From a virus, in IMG/VR virus record IMGVR_UViG_3300036940_000176, positions 1 through 62,668 of that record: a DNA stretch of 62,668 nucleotides. One strand, given 5' to 3'. Every line of letters starts with the position of its first letter. Position 1 is the first letter of the stretch. The translations under genes and the position numbers were made by a program. This document shows positions 40,685-50,973 of this stretch, one piece after another. Under the pieces are notes generated by a model. That model was not told the DNA's origin and did not search any database. It saw only the letters and a program-made list of their open reading frames with translations.

Positions 40685-43600
40685 ATGGATTATGATATTG
40701 GTAGAATGTATGAAAATTATTTAAAAATGGCCAGAGAAAAATATCCATCATTAAATTACAAAACCAATATTTTTCAAAATTCAGATAAAATATCTGAATA
40801 TTATGGAACAAGACAACAAGTAACAAATCAGTTTTCAGAACAGTTAAAATTATCAGAAGAAGAAATGGCAAATCTTGAACAGACATCTGTTGAGGATTAT
40901 TTGGGTAACCAAAATGCTATTTCTTTTTTAACAAATAATATTCAATATTTTAAAAATGTGGATACTCAAAGTTCTTATTATAAAGATATTGATAGAAGTG
41001 TTAATGTTTTACAAAATCTAAATGTTGATGATAAAAAAGAGTATTTTAATAACAAGTTGTCAAATTTACAAAAACAATCTTTATCTTTGTTGGGCGTTAA
41101 GGATGAAGATGATTTTAGCAACACATTAGAGATGTTAAAAGTTGGTAGCACTGCTGAAACTGGTGTTATGACAGAGACACTAACTGATGCAGATGGTAAT
41201 ACCAAAGAGGTTGATGTTACTTTATCTGAAATTTTAAAAGGTGCTGGAGCAGGCGCTTTGGCTGGAGCAGGCGTTGGGACTTTATTTGGTGGTCCATTAA
41301 TCGGAACATCAATAGGTGCATTAGTTGGTGGTATTACAGAGGTTGCTGATTTATTAAGTGAAAACGACATTGTTGAAAGTGTTAATAACGCAAGGAGAAA
41401 TTTTGTATCAGCAATGTATGGTTCTACAATAGGTATGATTGGGAATGCTTCTGGTGGTATTGGAAATGCCATAAATACACTTTTGACAAATGTAAGTGAT
41501 AAAGAGGTTGAAGAATTACAAACATATAATCCTTTGAGTGTTATTGAAGGTGTAACAGATGGGATTGATACATTTTTAATTAATCAACAAAAAGATGAAT
41601 ACTCTAATTTTTCTAAGTTTTTAATTCAAGATTTACCAAGTGTAATGGGTTCTCTTGCTGGTTTTGCTGTTTTAGGTAAAGGACTTGGTAAAGTTGCAGG
41701 AACTAAATCAGTAACAATTAATAATAAACCTTTAAACTTTTTCTTTGGCGGAGAAGTCAGTGAATTAGCATTAAGAGGAACGGTTGCTCTTGGCGCAATG
41801 GATGAAACCTTTGATAACCTTAGAGCAAGAGGAATTTCAAATGAAAAAGCATTTACCAGTTCTCTTTTAACTGGTGGTTTAAACTGGGGTGTTCTTGCCT
41901 TTACTGAAGCGGGAATTGGTAAACGTGTCGAAAGAAGTTTAAGTGATAAATTTGGAAAGTTTGCAGTCAAAGATATTCTTAAAAACATACCTGTTGAAAT
42001 GGCTAAAGAAGGAGCGGAAGAGATTGGAGAATTAATGTCTCAAGAACTTGGTCAATCTTTAGGACTTGGTAAAGCAGAATTTTCATCATTAAAAGATTAT
42101 ATATATACTGGTTTCTTAGGTGCAGTTGGTGGAGTATTTGGTGCTGGTGTTGGATATGTAAATCACAGAAGTGCTATCGAAAAATCATATAGTGAACTTG
42201 AAAAAATAAATGGTTCAATTGGAGATAAATCCTTAATAAAAACTGTAAAAGATAATATTGAGAGAGAATATAAAACAAGAGATGAAACAATATCTGAATT
42301 AGAATTAAAAGATAAAGCAATTGCAGAGATGCAGAAAAAAGGCGTAAATGGAATACCTGATATTATTCTAAAACATGTCCTTTTAGATATGAGTGAACGT
42401 TTTAAAATTTCATTAGAAGATACAACAAAATATTACAAAGAGACACTAGAACCACAAGCAATTGATTTTCTTCAGAAACAAACGGATTTAGATGCAACTA
42501 AAGAAAATATTTCTAAAGTATCTTTCCTTTTAAATGAAATCAATACAAATCCTAGTAAAGAAGTACAAAAAGAATTAGATGAAAATTTAGATTTATATTC
42601 TAAATTAGAAAATACAGACCATTATAATCAAATTGCATCTTTGAGTAAAAAACAAAAAATAGAACTTAAAAAATTATCATCTACACAACTTAATAAGCGT
42701 GTTTATGAAATGGTTGAAAAAGGTGCTAATGACTTTTATGTAGAATTAGATGAAAATGTCAAATCTAAAAAAGGCAAATCTCTTGATTTATTAAGAAAAT
42801 GGAATATGTCTAAAGAAGACATTGATACAATGTATTCTAATCAATTAATTGACCAAGACACTTACAATAATTTTAACAATAAGTATAATAAAGAAATGGC
42901 TTCAATTAAACATATATTCGATAAATTTATGTCTAATCCAAGTATTGAAAATCAAAAAAATGTTTCTGAAAAATTTGCAAACAAACAAGAATTGTTTAAT
43001 TTTATCGAAGAAAATTATTCTGGAAATGTAGACGAATATATTAGGTTGTTAGATGATTTTAATTTAACAAATTATGATAAATCGTACAAAAAAATTGTTA
43101 GCATTGGAAAAGATGTTGGCGGTGTTTTGAGTTATAATATTGATGGCAAAAGTCAACAATCAAACGCTGAACAATTACAAAAAATTAAAACATTAAAATC
43201 AGAATTGAAATCAGAATATGGCCGTTTAAATAAAGTTCCTTTTGAACTAATAAACAAATTAAATGATAATGATATTTCATTGGAAAAATTAAATGAACTT
43301 GAAAAAGAATTATCTCAATCTTTAAAAGAACAAAAGAAAGAAACTAAAAAGAAAATAGAAACCAAACCTTTAAAACTTATTAAGAAAAAAGGTGTTTTGT
43401 CGTACCAAAGTTTAAACGAATATTATAAAGATAATATAAGCGAATTAGACAGGGTTAATGATAAATTAAGACATTCGTATTTGCAAAATATAGCAAGTGA
43501 AGTAGGCTCTTTTAAATCATTACCTTCAAAAATTAAAGAAAAATACAATATTAAAGATTTTAATGATATTGTATTTCAAAATGTTTTAGATGAATATAAA

Positions 43601-46447
43601 ATTAAAGAGAATAGAAAAAAAATATTCCCTGAAACGAAAGTCGTTGATAGTGACGGAAATCCATTAACCGTTTATCATGGAACTGTTAAAGATTTTGATG
43701 TATTTAAAAAAACAAAATTAGGAAGTAGAACAGATGCTTCTGATGCGGAATTAGGATTTCATTTTAGCAACAATAAACATGTAATGAAATTTTTTGGAGA
43801 ACATTATAAAAAATATATTTTAGATATTAAAAAACCAGTTGATTTTTCTTTTAACACAGTAATTACAAAAGAAAGTATTGAATATGAAGAAATGATGTTT
43901 AGTGATTTAAATGAAATATTTAAAGAAGAATTTAATGGATTTGATGAATACGATTACGATGTCATCAATATTTTAAGTCGTGAAAATGCTAGTGTTCTTA
44001 AAAACATAATCACAAAAAATCCAAACATTTTAGAAAAATTAAAGAAAAAAGGTTATGACGGATTTATTTTCGAACTACAAATGATAGACCAAGCATATAT
44101 AAGTAACTTATCTTTTAATAGTGATGGAAAAGAATATATTGTTCTTTATAACGACCAAATACATCAAGTCTTAGAAACTAAAGGTGAAAATCAAGAACCT
44201 TATACAGTTAATAGAAAAAATCAAAAACTTGAAGATAGTGTCAATATGGATTTATTTTATGTCAATAAATTATTAATGACAGATAATATTAATTTAGCAA
44301 CAACAGATGAATTTGAGTTTAAAAAATTAATAAGGTTAGCAAAAAGCATTGCTGAAGAAGGTATAACTGAACCGATTATTTTAGGTTATGATAATTCAGA
44401 AGGAAGAGTTGGGATTATAGATGGTCAAAAAAGATTGCAAATTGCAAACATTCTTGGTTTGAAAGATATACCAATTAGAGTTATTGTAAATCCTATGAAC
44501 CAAGATTTAAACGGTTCACTTACTACTGAAAAAAGAATATTTGAAGACCCTGAATTAAACAAAATTTTAGACAGAGAAAAAGAAATTAAACGTGTATTAG
44601 ATACGCTTGTTTTGTCTGGATATAATGGTGATAAATTTGCATATGAATTAGTAGATGAACTTCAAGTTCCAATTGTTAGAAAAGAAAGATACAAAGAGAT
44701 TTCAGATGCTATTAAAGAATTTAGAGTTACAAAACCTAAAGGATACAAAACAAAAGAAGAAATTAAATTAACAAAAGAAATGTCAAAAAATATTTTCAAA
44801 AACACTGTAGAATTTGGCGGTTCTACACATGGTATGAAATATGTTTCAGATTTTAAATCAAGCGGATATGCAATAGCAACAGAGGGAAATGAAGTTAAAA
44901 TAAAAAGTTCAGATTTTAAATCAAATGATATTTTAGATTATGTTTATTCACATGAAAATATATTAAAATCAAATGATAATTATAATATTGGAACATGGCA
45001 AAATCAAGAAGATGGTTATACATATTTAGATATATCGGAAGTATATCCTTCTGATATGAACATTGCAGAAGTATTAAAAATTGCCAAAGAAAGAAAACAA
45101 TTAGCGGTGTTTAATTTAGAAACATTTGAAGAAATTAGAGTAGAAAAAGATGAAATTTATTCTGATGGTCAAATTGAACAAACTAAAGAAAATGGAACTA
45201 AAATTGGTGACACATCTGAATTTAAACCTAATTATACAGTAGGTAGAAGCAATCCTAAAATAAAAGAATATACAAATGTTTCTGTTGATATTTTAAGTCA
45301 AATTCAAGACGTTGATAGAATTGGTCAATATGGTGCCTATAATAGTGATATAGGAATAAATGAAACTATTGAACTTGCTAAAGATATTGCTGAAAACGGA
45401 TTTAAAAGTTTTGTTTATATTGAATATAATCCTGAAACAGGTAATATTGTTTTAGGAGAAGGAAATCACAGATTACAAATCGCTCAAATATTAGGATTAA
45501 AAGATATTCCTGCAAGAGTTGGAATAGGCACAGGCAAAAATGCAAATTTTGAAACTCTAAATATAGGCAAAAATTTAGTTGAAGGTGGATATGGAAGATT
45601 TTGGGATAATGGCCCTGAATTTGAAACTATAATTAAAGCATTGGCAAAATCAGAGGAAAGAACTGAACCAATGACTTTTACAAAATCTAGTCTTAAGAAA
45701 ATTAGAAACAATAAATTAAATACCCAAATAAATAACGCTATTTCAGATTTGAAAAAAGAAGTCATAAAACAATACGAAGAAGAAAAGGATTATTTGGTAG
45801 AGTTAGAAAATGATTATAGTGAAAAAGAAGTAAATGATGATGACATTGTTGAATATATGATTTATGATGATTTGGGATTAGAAACAAAAGATTATGACTT
45901 AGAAAAAATCGATAATGTTAGAGAAAATATAAAAGATTTAGAAGAAAAACTTAATATGTTGGAAGAATATGAAGGAAATCCATTATTTTATTATAAAACA
46001 GAAGAAAATTTTATTGATGATTTAATTGAAATTCAAAATAAATATGGTTTTTACGAAAAAGATTGGATTTTAAATTTAGACAGTATTGTTGAAAAAATTA
46101 ATAGCGATTATGAAATTGATTATCAACGTTTTTCAAAAAACGAAGGTAAAAAAACTGAAATCATTGAAGCAATTCAAGAATTTAAAATTGATAAAAGTAC
46201 ATCTGAAGAAGTTTCTATTCAAAGAGATATGGTGGATGTTAAAAATGCAATTAATGGTTTAGATGTAATTGGTGTTGGAATTGATTATATTAACGGAGTA
46301 AGACAAAAACCTATTGTTTATTACGAAGGTGACACTATTTCTGAACACACATTTTATTATGACAAAAATCAAATCGCAAAAGAAATTTATAAAAGAAACT
46401 TTATTGGAGAAACTATCGATGAAGAAGGTAATGAGGTAATTTGTTAG
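40685..46447 (+). CDS. Giant polyvalent virion/ejection protein (1,920 aa): Gly-zipper TM segments, an ART-PolyVal-like domain and two ParB/Srx-like domains
   Basis: GAGAGALAGAGVGTLFGGPLIGTSIGALVGG (about 41230-41340). DGNPLTVYHGTVKDFDVF...LGFHFS (about 43640-43790). ITEPIILGY..GRVGIIDGQKRLQIANILGLKDIPIRV (about 44360-44480). FVYIEYNPETGNIVLGEGNHRLQIAQILGLKDIPARV (about 45400-45520). Confidence 0.65.
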   Translation: MDYDIGRMYENYLKMAREKYPSLNYKTNIFQNSDKISEYYGTRQQVTNQFSEQLKLSEEEMANLEQTSVEDYLGNQNAISFLTNNIQYFKNVDTQSSYYKDIDRSVNVLQNLNVDDKKEYFNNKLSNLQKQSLSLLGVKDEDDFSNTLEMLKVGSTAETGVMTETLTDADGNTKEVDVTLSEILKGAGAGALAGAGVGTLFGGPLIGTSIGALVGGITEVADLLSENDIVESVNNARRNFVSAMYGSTIGMIGNASGGIGNAINTLLTNVSDKEVEELQTYNPLSVIEGVTDGIDTFLINQQKDEYSNFSKFLIQDLPSVMGSLAGFAVLGKGLGKVAGTKSVTINNKPLNFFFGGEVSELALRGTVALGAMDETFDNLRARGISNEKAFTSSLLTGGLNWGVLAFTEAGIGKRVERSLSDKFGKFAVKDILKNIPVEMAKEGAEEIGELMSQELGQSLGLGKAEFSSLKDYIYTGFLGAVGGVFGAGVGYVNHRSAIEKSYSELEKINGSIGDKSLIKTVKDNIEREYKTRDETISELELKDKAIAEMQKKGVNGIPDIILKHVLLDMSERFKISLEDTTKYYKETLEPQAIDFLQKQTDLDATKENISKVSFLLNEINTNPSKEVQKELDENLDLYSKLENTDHYNQIASLSKKQKIELKKLSSTQLNKRVYEMVEKGANDFYVELDENVKSKKGKSLDLLRKWNMSKEDIDTMYSNQLIDQDTYNNFNNKYNKEMASIKHIFDKFMSNPSIENQKNVSEKFANKQELFNFIEENYSGNVDEYIRLLDDFNLTNYDKSYKKIVSIGKDVGGVLSYNIDGKSQQSNAEQLQKIKTLKSELKSEYGRLNKVPFELINKLNDNDISLEKLNELEKELSQSLKEQKKETKKKIETKPLKLIKKKGVLSYQSLNEYYKDNISELDRVNDKLRHSYLQNIASEVGSFKSLPSKIKEKYNIKDFNDIVFQNVLDEYKIKENRKKIFPETKVVDSDGNPLTVYHGTVKDFDVFKKTKLGSRTDASDAELGFHFSNNKHVMKFFGEHYKKYILDIKKPVDFSFNTVITKESIEYEEMMFSDLNEIFKEEFNGFDEYDYDVINILSRENASVLKNIITKNPNILEKLKKKGYDGFIFELQMIDQAYISNLSFNSDGKEYIVLYNDQIHQVLETKGENQEPYTVNRKNQKLEDSVNMDLFYVNKLLMTDNINLATTDEFEFKKLIRLAKSIAEEGITEPIILGYDNSEGRVGIIDGQKRLQIANILGLKDIPIRVIVNPMNQDLNGSLTTEKRIFEDPELNKILDREKEIKRVLDTLVLSGYNGDKFAYELVDELQVPIVRKERYKEISDAIKEFRVTKPKGYKTKEEIKLTKEMSKNIFKNTVEFGGSTHGMKYVSDFKSSGYAIATEGNEVKIKSSDFKSNDILDYVYSHENILKSNDNYNIGTWQNQEDGYTYLDISEVYPSDMNIAEVLKIAKERKQLAVFNLETFEEIRVEKDEIYSDGQIEQTKENGTKIGDTSEFKPNYTVGRSNPKIKEYTNVSVDILSQIQDVDRIGQYGAYNSDIGINETIELAKDIAENGFKSFVYIEYNPETGNIVLGEGNHRLQIAQILGLKDIPARVGIGTGKNANFETLNIGKNLVEGGYGRFWDNGPEFETIIKALAKSEERTEPMTFTKSSLKKIRNNKLNTQINNAISDLKKEVIKQYEEEKDYLVELENDYSEKEVNDDDIVEYMIYDDLGLETKDYDLEKIDNVRENIKDLEEKLNMLEEYEGNPLFYYKTEENFIDDLIEIQNKYGFYEKDWILNLDSIVEKINSDYEIDYQRFSKNEGKKTEIIEAIQEFKIDKSTSEEVSIQRDMVDVKNAINGLDVIGVGIDYINGVRQKPIVYYEGDTISEHTFYYDKNQIAKEIYKRNFIGETIDEEGNEVIC

Positions 46448-46457
46448 AGGTGATTAA

Positions 46458-46934
46458 ATGAGATGGAAATATCCTAACGACCCACAAAAGAAATGGCAAC
46501 CATCTTCTGTTCAAGTGGAAAAAGAAGTTAAAAGTAAAAAAGATGGATTGCAAAATTATTATGATACTGACAAAGTTTTATATGATGGTCACAAATTTGA
46601 CAGTGCTTTAGAAAAAAGATTTTATATATCACTTAGAGATATGAAAAAAAATAATCTAATTAAAGATTTTAAATGTCAAGTATCTTACGAAATTATACCG
46701 ACAACTAAGTTAGAAGGTATGAAAAGAGCGAATAGAAAAACTACTTACACAACTGATTTTGTTGTTGAAATGGAAGATGGAAGAGAATTTATTATCGATA
46801 GCAAAGGGTATTCAACAGATGTTTTTAAGTTAAAGAAAAAAATCTTTGAACATAAACATCAACAAAGAATTTATGTATTGAAAAATTTGAACGAATTAGA
46901 CAATTTAATATTAGGCGGTGAAAATAATGGCTGA
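46458..46934 (+). CDS. DUF1064-like PD-(D/E)xK nuclease (158 aa)
   Basis: FDSALEKRFYISL...TYTTDFVVEMEDGREFIIDSKGY...FKLKKKIF matches the DUF1064 layout (D...D-x-K). Confidence 0.5.
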   Translation: MRWKYPNDPQKKWQPSSVQVEKEVKSKKDGLQNYYDTDKVLYDGHKFDSALEKRFYISLRDMKKNNLIKDFKCQVSYEIIPTTKLEGMKRANRKTTYTTDFVVEMEDGREFIIDSKGYSTDVFKLKKKIFEHKHQQRIYVLKNLNELDNLILGGENNG

Positions 46935-49900
46935 TACATGTAGTGGCAAAAAAATGGTTGAACACATAGAAAAAACTACTCCTGATGTAAAAGTAACTAC
47001 TGGTGAAAGACTTGTTAAAAGAATAGATGATGCTATTAATAATAGTGGTAAGGCTATTCAAAAACTTATTAATAAAATTTCTCCAAAAACAAAAAAGGAA
47101 TATAAAAGTCAATTATCAACACAAAATGAAGTTACAAAAGGTTTAGAAAAGATAATTGAAAAAAGACAAGACACAACAGGTGAGGTTGAACAAAAAGGTA
47201 TTGTTAGGAGCATTGTTGACAGTATTAAAAACATGTTTAGAGCATTTAAAGATGTAGACAATTATGAAATACAACAAGCCTTAATTACACAACAACAAAG
47301 TGGTGCTATGGCTGAAGATGCTATCCAAAAGCAATTAACATATATGCTAAAAGATGCTTCTGTTGATGAACTTAGACATTTACAAAAAATTATATTAACT
47401 GGCAGTATGGTTGACAATCATTTAGAAGATATGAGAGTTCCTATGCAAGATAGTATTATTGATGAAATTAAAAATAATCCAAATCTTGATTATGAACAAG
47501 TGCTAGAAGAAATTAAAAATAGTCCTGAAATAAAAGAGTTTGTAAATGGTAAAAAGGAAACAATTAAAAGGCTTAAGAAACAAAATAGTAAAAATAACGA
47601 AATTTTTAAAGAGTTAGAAAAAGAAAAAAAATATTATAATAAGCGTAAACAAGAAGTTAAAGAAAAATTGAAAAATGAAACGGACGAAAAAATAATTACT
47701 AATTTGAAACAAGAAATTTCTTATATTGAAAATCAAGTAAAAACAATTGCCAACAAGCAAAGTGTTCATAATGAAAATACAAAAATGAATAATTCTGAAA
47801 TTAAAAAAATAACAAACAATCTTGAAAGCGATAAATACATGAAAAAAATGTATGAAAATCAAATTCATTTAAACTCCGTTATTGAAATAAGAGAAGAATA
47901 TTTTGGCAAAGATTATGTTAAAAGAGAAATGATGCAAGATGAAACTTTATCACTTAAAGATGTTGACCCAAACTCTATACTTGGTCAAAATGAAAAATTA
48001 TTAAATGTTTTTAAAGCAAGAAAAAAAATGTATAATGATGTTAAAAATGAGTTTGTAAATAGAGCCAAAGAAGTTTTGAGCCCTAAACAAACAAGACAAA
48101 TAATGGATAGTTTGCAACGTTTTGACCGCTATTATAAAAACATTGTTAGAGATGTAGAAATTTCTGTTGCTAATTTTAAAAATGGTAAATCGTTAGCGGA
48201 TTTTGCAACAAGCCTTAATAATAAAAATGTTGGTCAATTTATTCAACGTATGGGAACTAATAAAGATATTGACAATAACTTTTTATATGTTGACCAGATT
48301 GCTTTAGGACAACTTTATCAACAACGTATTCAATTAGATATGATTGAAACATTACAAAAGTATGATTTAAACAAGCAAGTTTTAAAAGATTATCAAAATG
48401 CTATACAAAATGAATTAAATGGTTTTGTTCAAAGACTTGAAAATGACGAAATGACTAAGCAAGATAAAAAAGTATTTGATAAACTTAAAAAAATTACCAA
48501 AAAAGTAAGAATTTTATTAGAAAACAATTTTAATGTTGATAGACAACTCATCCAAATTTTAGAAGATATGGAAAGTGATGAATTTGTTGGTGAAGTAAAT
48601 GGCGAACAAATGAATGTTTTTGATAGATTTGATTATGTTTTCAAAGAAGCAACTCAATATATTGATGACAAATTTAAAAGTGAAGTTGATAATAATGTAA
48701 TGACAAATTTTTATAATACACATCCAGAGTTTAAAAACGTGATTGAATATTTAATTGGCCAAAACATTGAAACACCAAATTTGGCGGAATATAAACATTT
48801 TTTACAAGTGTTTGCATCTACAAATTTCAAAGGTAGTTCAACAGCAAATGAATTGTTAAGTATTTTAAATCAAAGAAACCAATATAAAAAATCTATTGAA
48901 CAAACAATGGATAGTCAATACAAAGATTTTTTACCAAAAGATTATTTAAAAACTCACATGATTACAACTTCTAATGGTAATCCTTTATCTTACTATGTTG
49001 GTAATAAAAAAATTAATCAAATTAGATTAACTGGTTTAGTAGATATTCAATATGATAACCCTGAAGTACTTTCAACGGAAGTTATGAACCAATTATTAGT
49101 TGCTATGGATGATACATATTTAGATGTACTATTACAAAATCAAGAAGTAATGATTATTCCAAAAAATATTGGTAACGGTTTAATTGAGAGTATGACACCA
49201 CCTAGAGATTTAGGTATAGCAACAAGATTGTTTAATAAATGGTTGCGTCCATTAATGATTTTATCACCTGAACGCATTTTAAAGTTTAATTTAAATACCG
49301 CTTTTATGAGTGATGTTTATAGAATGGCACAAACAAATCCTATGGCATTAAGAAACGTTAAAGAAAGTATTAAAATTATTGGTGAATATTACAAAACTGG
49401 TAAAGTGGTCAATAAATTTGACCCAAAAGATAGTACTTACGATAACAAAGAAAAAATATTTTATGAGTTTAGAAAATTATTTGGTGGTCAATTTGATAGA
49501 GAAATGCAAGTTATTAATCAAAAAATATCGAATAATCAATGGGATAAACTTGAAAAAGAAATAGAAGAAATAAGTAATAGTAAGCGTAGTGAAACAAATA
49601 AAGCAAAACGAATGCTTAAAAAATATCTTGATATCGTTGGTACAGCAACAAATTTTAGAGAAATGATTTTACGACTGTCTTATGGTTTAGAAACGGCAAG
49701 AGAAATTGATAGTGGAAAAGAAATTCATTATGGTGCTTCTAAAAAAGGACAATTAAAACAATTGTTAGATAATGGAGAAAACTTTAAATTTGTTAGTGGT
49801 GTCGCAAATCAAAACTTTATTGCTTATAAAGAAGCAGGTAGAATGGCAAAATTTGTAAACCGTTCATTTATGCCTTTCTTCTTATTCCCAGAAGGTAATG

Positions 49901-50961
49901 TGAAATGGCATTACAGACTATACCAAAACTACATTTCAGAAATATTTGATAACAATATATCGTATAGAAGAAAATTGGAAAATACAGGTAAAATTGGTGT
50001 TTCACTAACTCTACAATTAGGTATTGCTCAAGCGGTATGGAACTTGTTGCAAAGAAGTATGTTTGGAGCACCTGAAGATGAAGAAATACCAGAATATCTC
50101 AAAGGAGAAGAAATGCCACTTGATGATTTACTTTCAAGTGTTGGAATTGAAACGAACAACTATTTACAATTGGGACCACTTGTTGCAAACAAATTTAATT
50201 TAGCACAAGATGTTATGAGTTTTGTTCCAGAAGTTAATGAAGATGAATGGCTCTTAAAATATGGTAAAAGTTTTATGGGTAGAGTTACACCGTTGTTAAA
50301 AGCACCTTATGAAATATTTATGGGTGGTGATTACTATTCAGACGGAAACATGTATCCAGTTAATGACAAATATACTTTCGGAGATAATGTAGCAAGAAAA
50401 ACTGCTAGTTTATTTGGTGTTTCTAAATCTTTTGATTATTGGTATGATTATATTAATAATTATCCAGATGAATATAATTTAAGTAGTGATAACGTATTAC
50501 AAGGCACTGTTGGATATGCTCAAATGATGGCTGAATATCAAGGTAACTTTGTTACACAAAATAACAATGAAGCACACCAACAAGTGAAATCTATGTTATA
50601 TAATTATATGGAAGAACTTGGGAAACCTTACAATCCTAATCCTGGTTATGCAACAGATAAAGACAGATTAAAAAATGCAATAAAATTAGGAATTAATTAT
50701 AATGACCAAGAATACATTGATAAAATGGTTGCTGAATATTACGATTATTTATTAACCCAAGAAGGCAAAACATTTAATGAAGCAAAATCGCAAATTGAAA
50801 GTTTATTTAAAGGTCAATCTTTGCTTCATATGGGTAACTTAAATAAATTAGAAAGAACTCAATTTATAAAAAGTTTGTCAGTTAGTGAATATGAATTATT
50901 TAGAAAAGCAATGCAATATGAAAAAACAATGTTTGGTAAATATTATGGATTTTTAATGTAA
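46927..50961 (+). CDS. Second giant virion protein (1,344 aa), internal/ejection protein candidate
   Basis: Coiled-coil-rich N-terminal half. Sits between the polyvalent protein and terminase. ATG 46927 follows AGGCGGTG. No catalytic motif recognised. Confidence 0.4.
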   Translation: MADTCSGKKMVEHIEKTTPDVKVTTGERLVKRIDDAINNSGKAIQKLINKISPKTKKEYKSQLSTQNEVTKGLEKIIEKRQDTTGEVEQKGIVRSIVDSIKNMFRAFKDVDNYEIQQALITQQQSGAMAEDAIQKQLTYMLKDASVDELRHLQKIILTGSMVDNHLEDMRVPMQDSIIDEIKNNPNLDYEQVLEEIKNSPEIKEFVNGKKETIKRLKKQNSKNNEIFKELEKEKKYYNKRKQEVKEKLKNETDEKIITNLKQEISYIENQVKTIANKQSVHNENTKMNNSEIKKITNNLESDKYMKKMYENQIHLNSVIEIREEYFGKDYVKREMMQDETLSLKDVDPNSILGQNEKLLNVFKARKKMYNDVKNEFVNRAKEVLSPKQTRQIMDSLQRFDRYYKNIVRDVEISVANFKNGKSLADFATSLNNKNVGQFIQRMGTNKDIDNNFLYVDQIALGQLYQQRIQLDMIETLQKYDLNKQVLKDYQNAIQNELNGFVQRLENDEMTKQDKKVFDKLKKITKKVRILLENNFNVDRQLIQILEDMESDEFVGEVNGEQMNVFDRFDYVFKEATQYIDDKFKSEVDNNVMTNFYNTHPEFKNVIEYLIGQNIETPNLAEYKHFLQVFASTNFKGSSTANELLSILNQRNQYKKSIEQTMDSQYKDFLPKDYLKTHMITTSNGNPLSYYVGNKKINQIRLTGLVDIQYDNPEVLSTEVMNQLLVAMDDTYLDVLLQNQEVMIIPKNIGNGLIESMTPPRDLGIATRLFNKWLRPLMILSPERILKFNLNTAFMSDVYRMAQTNPMALRNVKESIKIIGEYYKTGKVVNKFDPKDSTYDNKEKIFYEFRKLFGGQFDREMQVINQKISNNQWDKLEKEIEEISNSKRSETNKAKRMLKKYLDIVGTATNFREMILRLSYGLETAREIDSGKEIHYGASKKGQLKQLLDNGENFKFVSGVANQNFIAYKEAGRMAKFVNRSFMPFFLFPEGNVKWHYRLYQNYISEIFDNNISYRRKLENTGKIGVSLTLQLGIAQAVWNLLQRSMFGAPEDEEIPEYLKGEEMPLDDLLSSVGIETNNYLQLGPLVANKFNLAQDVMSFVPEVNEDEWLLKYGKSFMGRVTPLLKAPYEIFMGGDYYSDGNMYPVNDKYTFGDNVARKTASLFGVSKSFDYWYDYINNYPDEYNLSSDNVLQGTVGYAQMMAEYQGNFVTQNNNEAHQQVKSMLYNYMEELGKPYNPNPGYATDKDRLKNAIKLGINYNDQEYIDKMVAEYYDYLLTQEGKTFNEAKSQIESLFKGQSLLHMGNLNKLERTQFIKSLSVSEYELFRKAMQYEKTMFGKYYGFLM

Positions 50962-50973
50962 GGTTGTGATTTA

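Noticed and set aside
40978-41988. Minus-strand ORFs 40978-41472 and 41626-41988 (P/A/S-rich)
   Set aside because: They are antisense to the glycine-rich part of the 1,920-aa gene, because GGN/GCN codons read as Pro/Ala on the other strand. They have no SD and interrupt an otherwise unidirectional operon.
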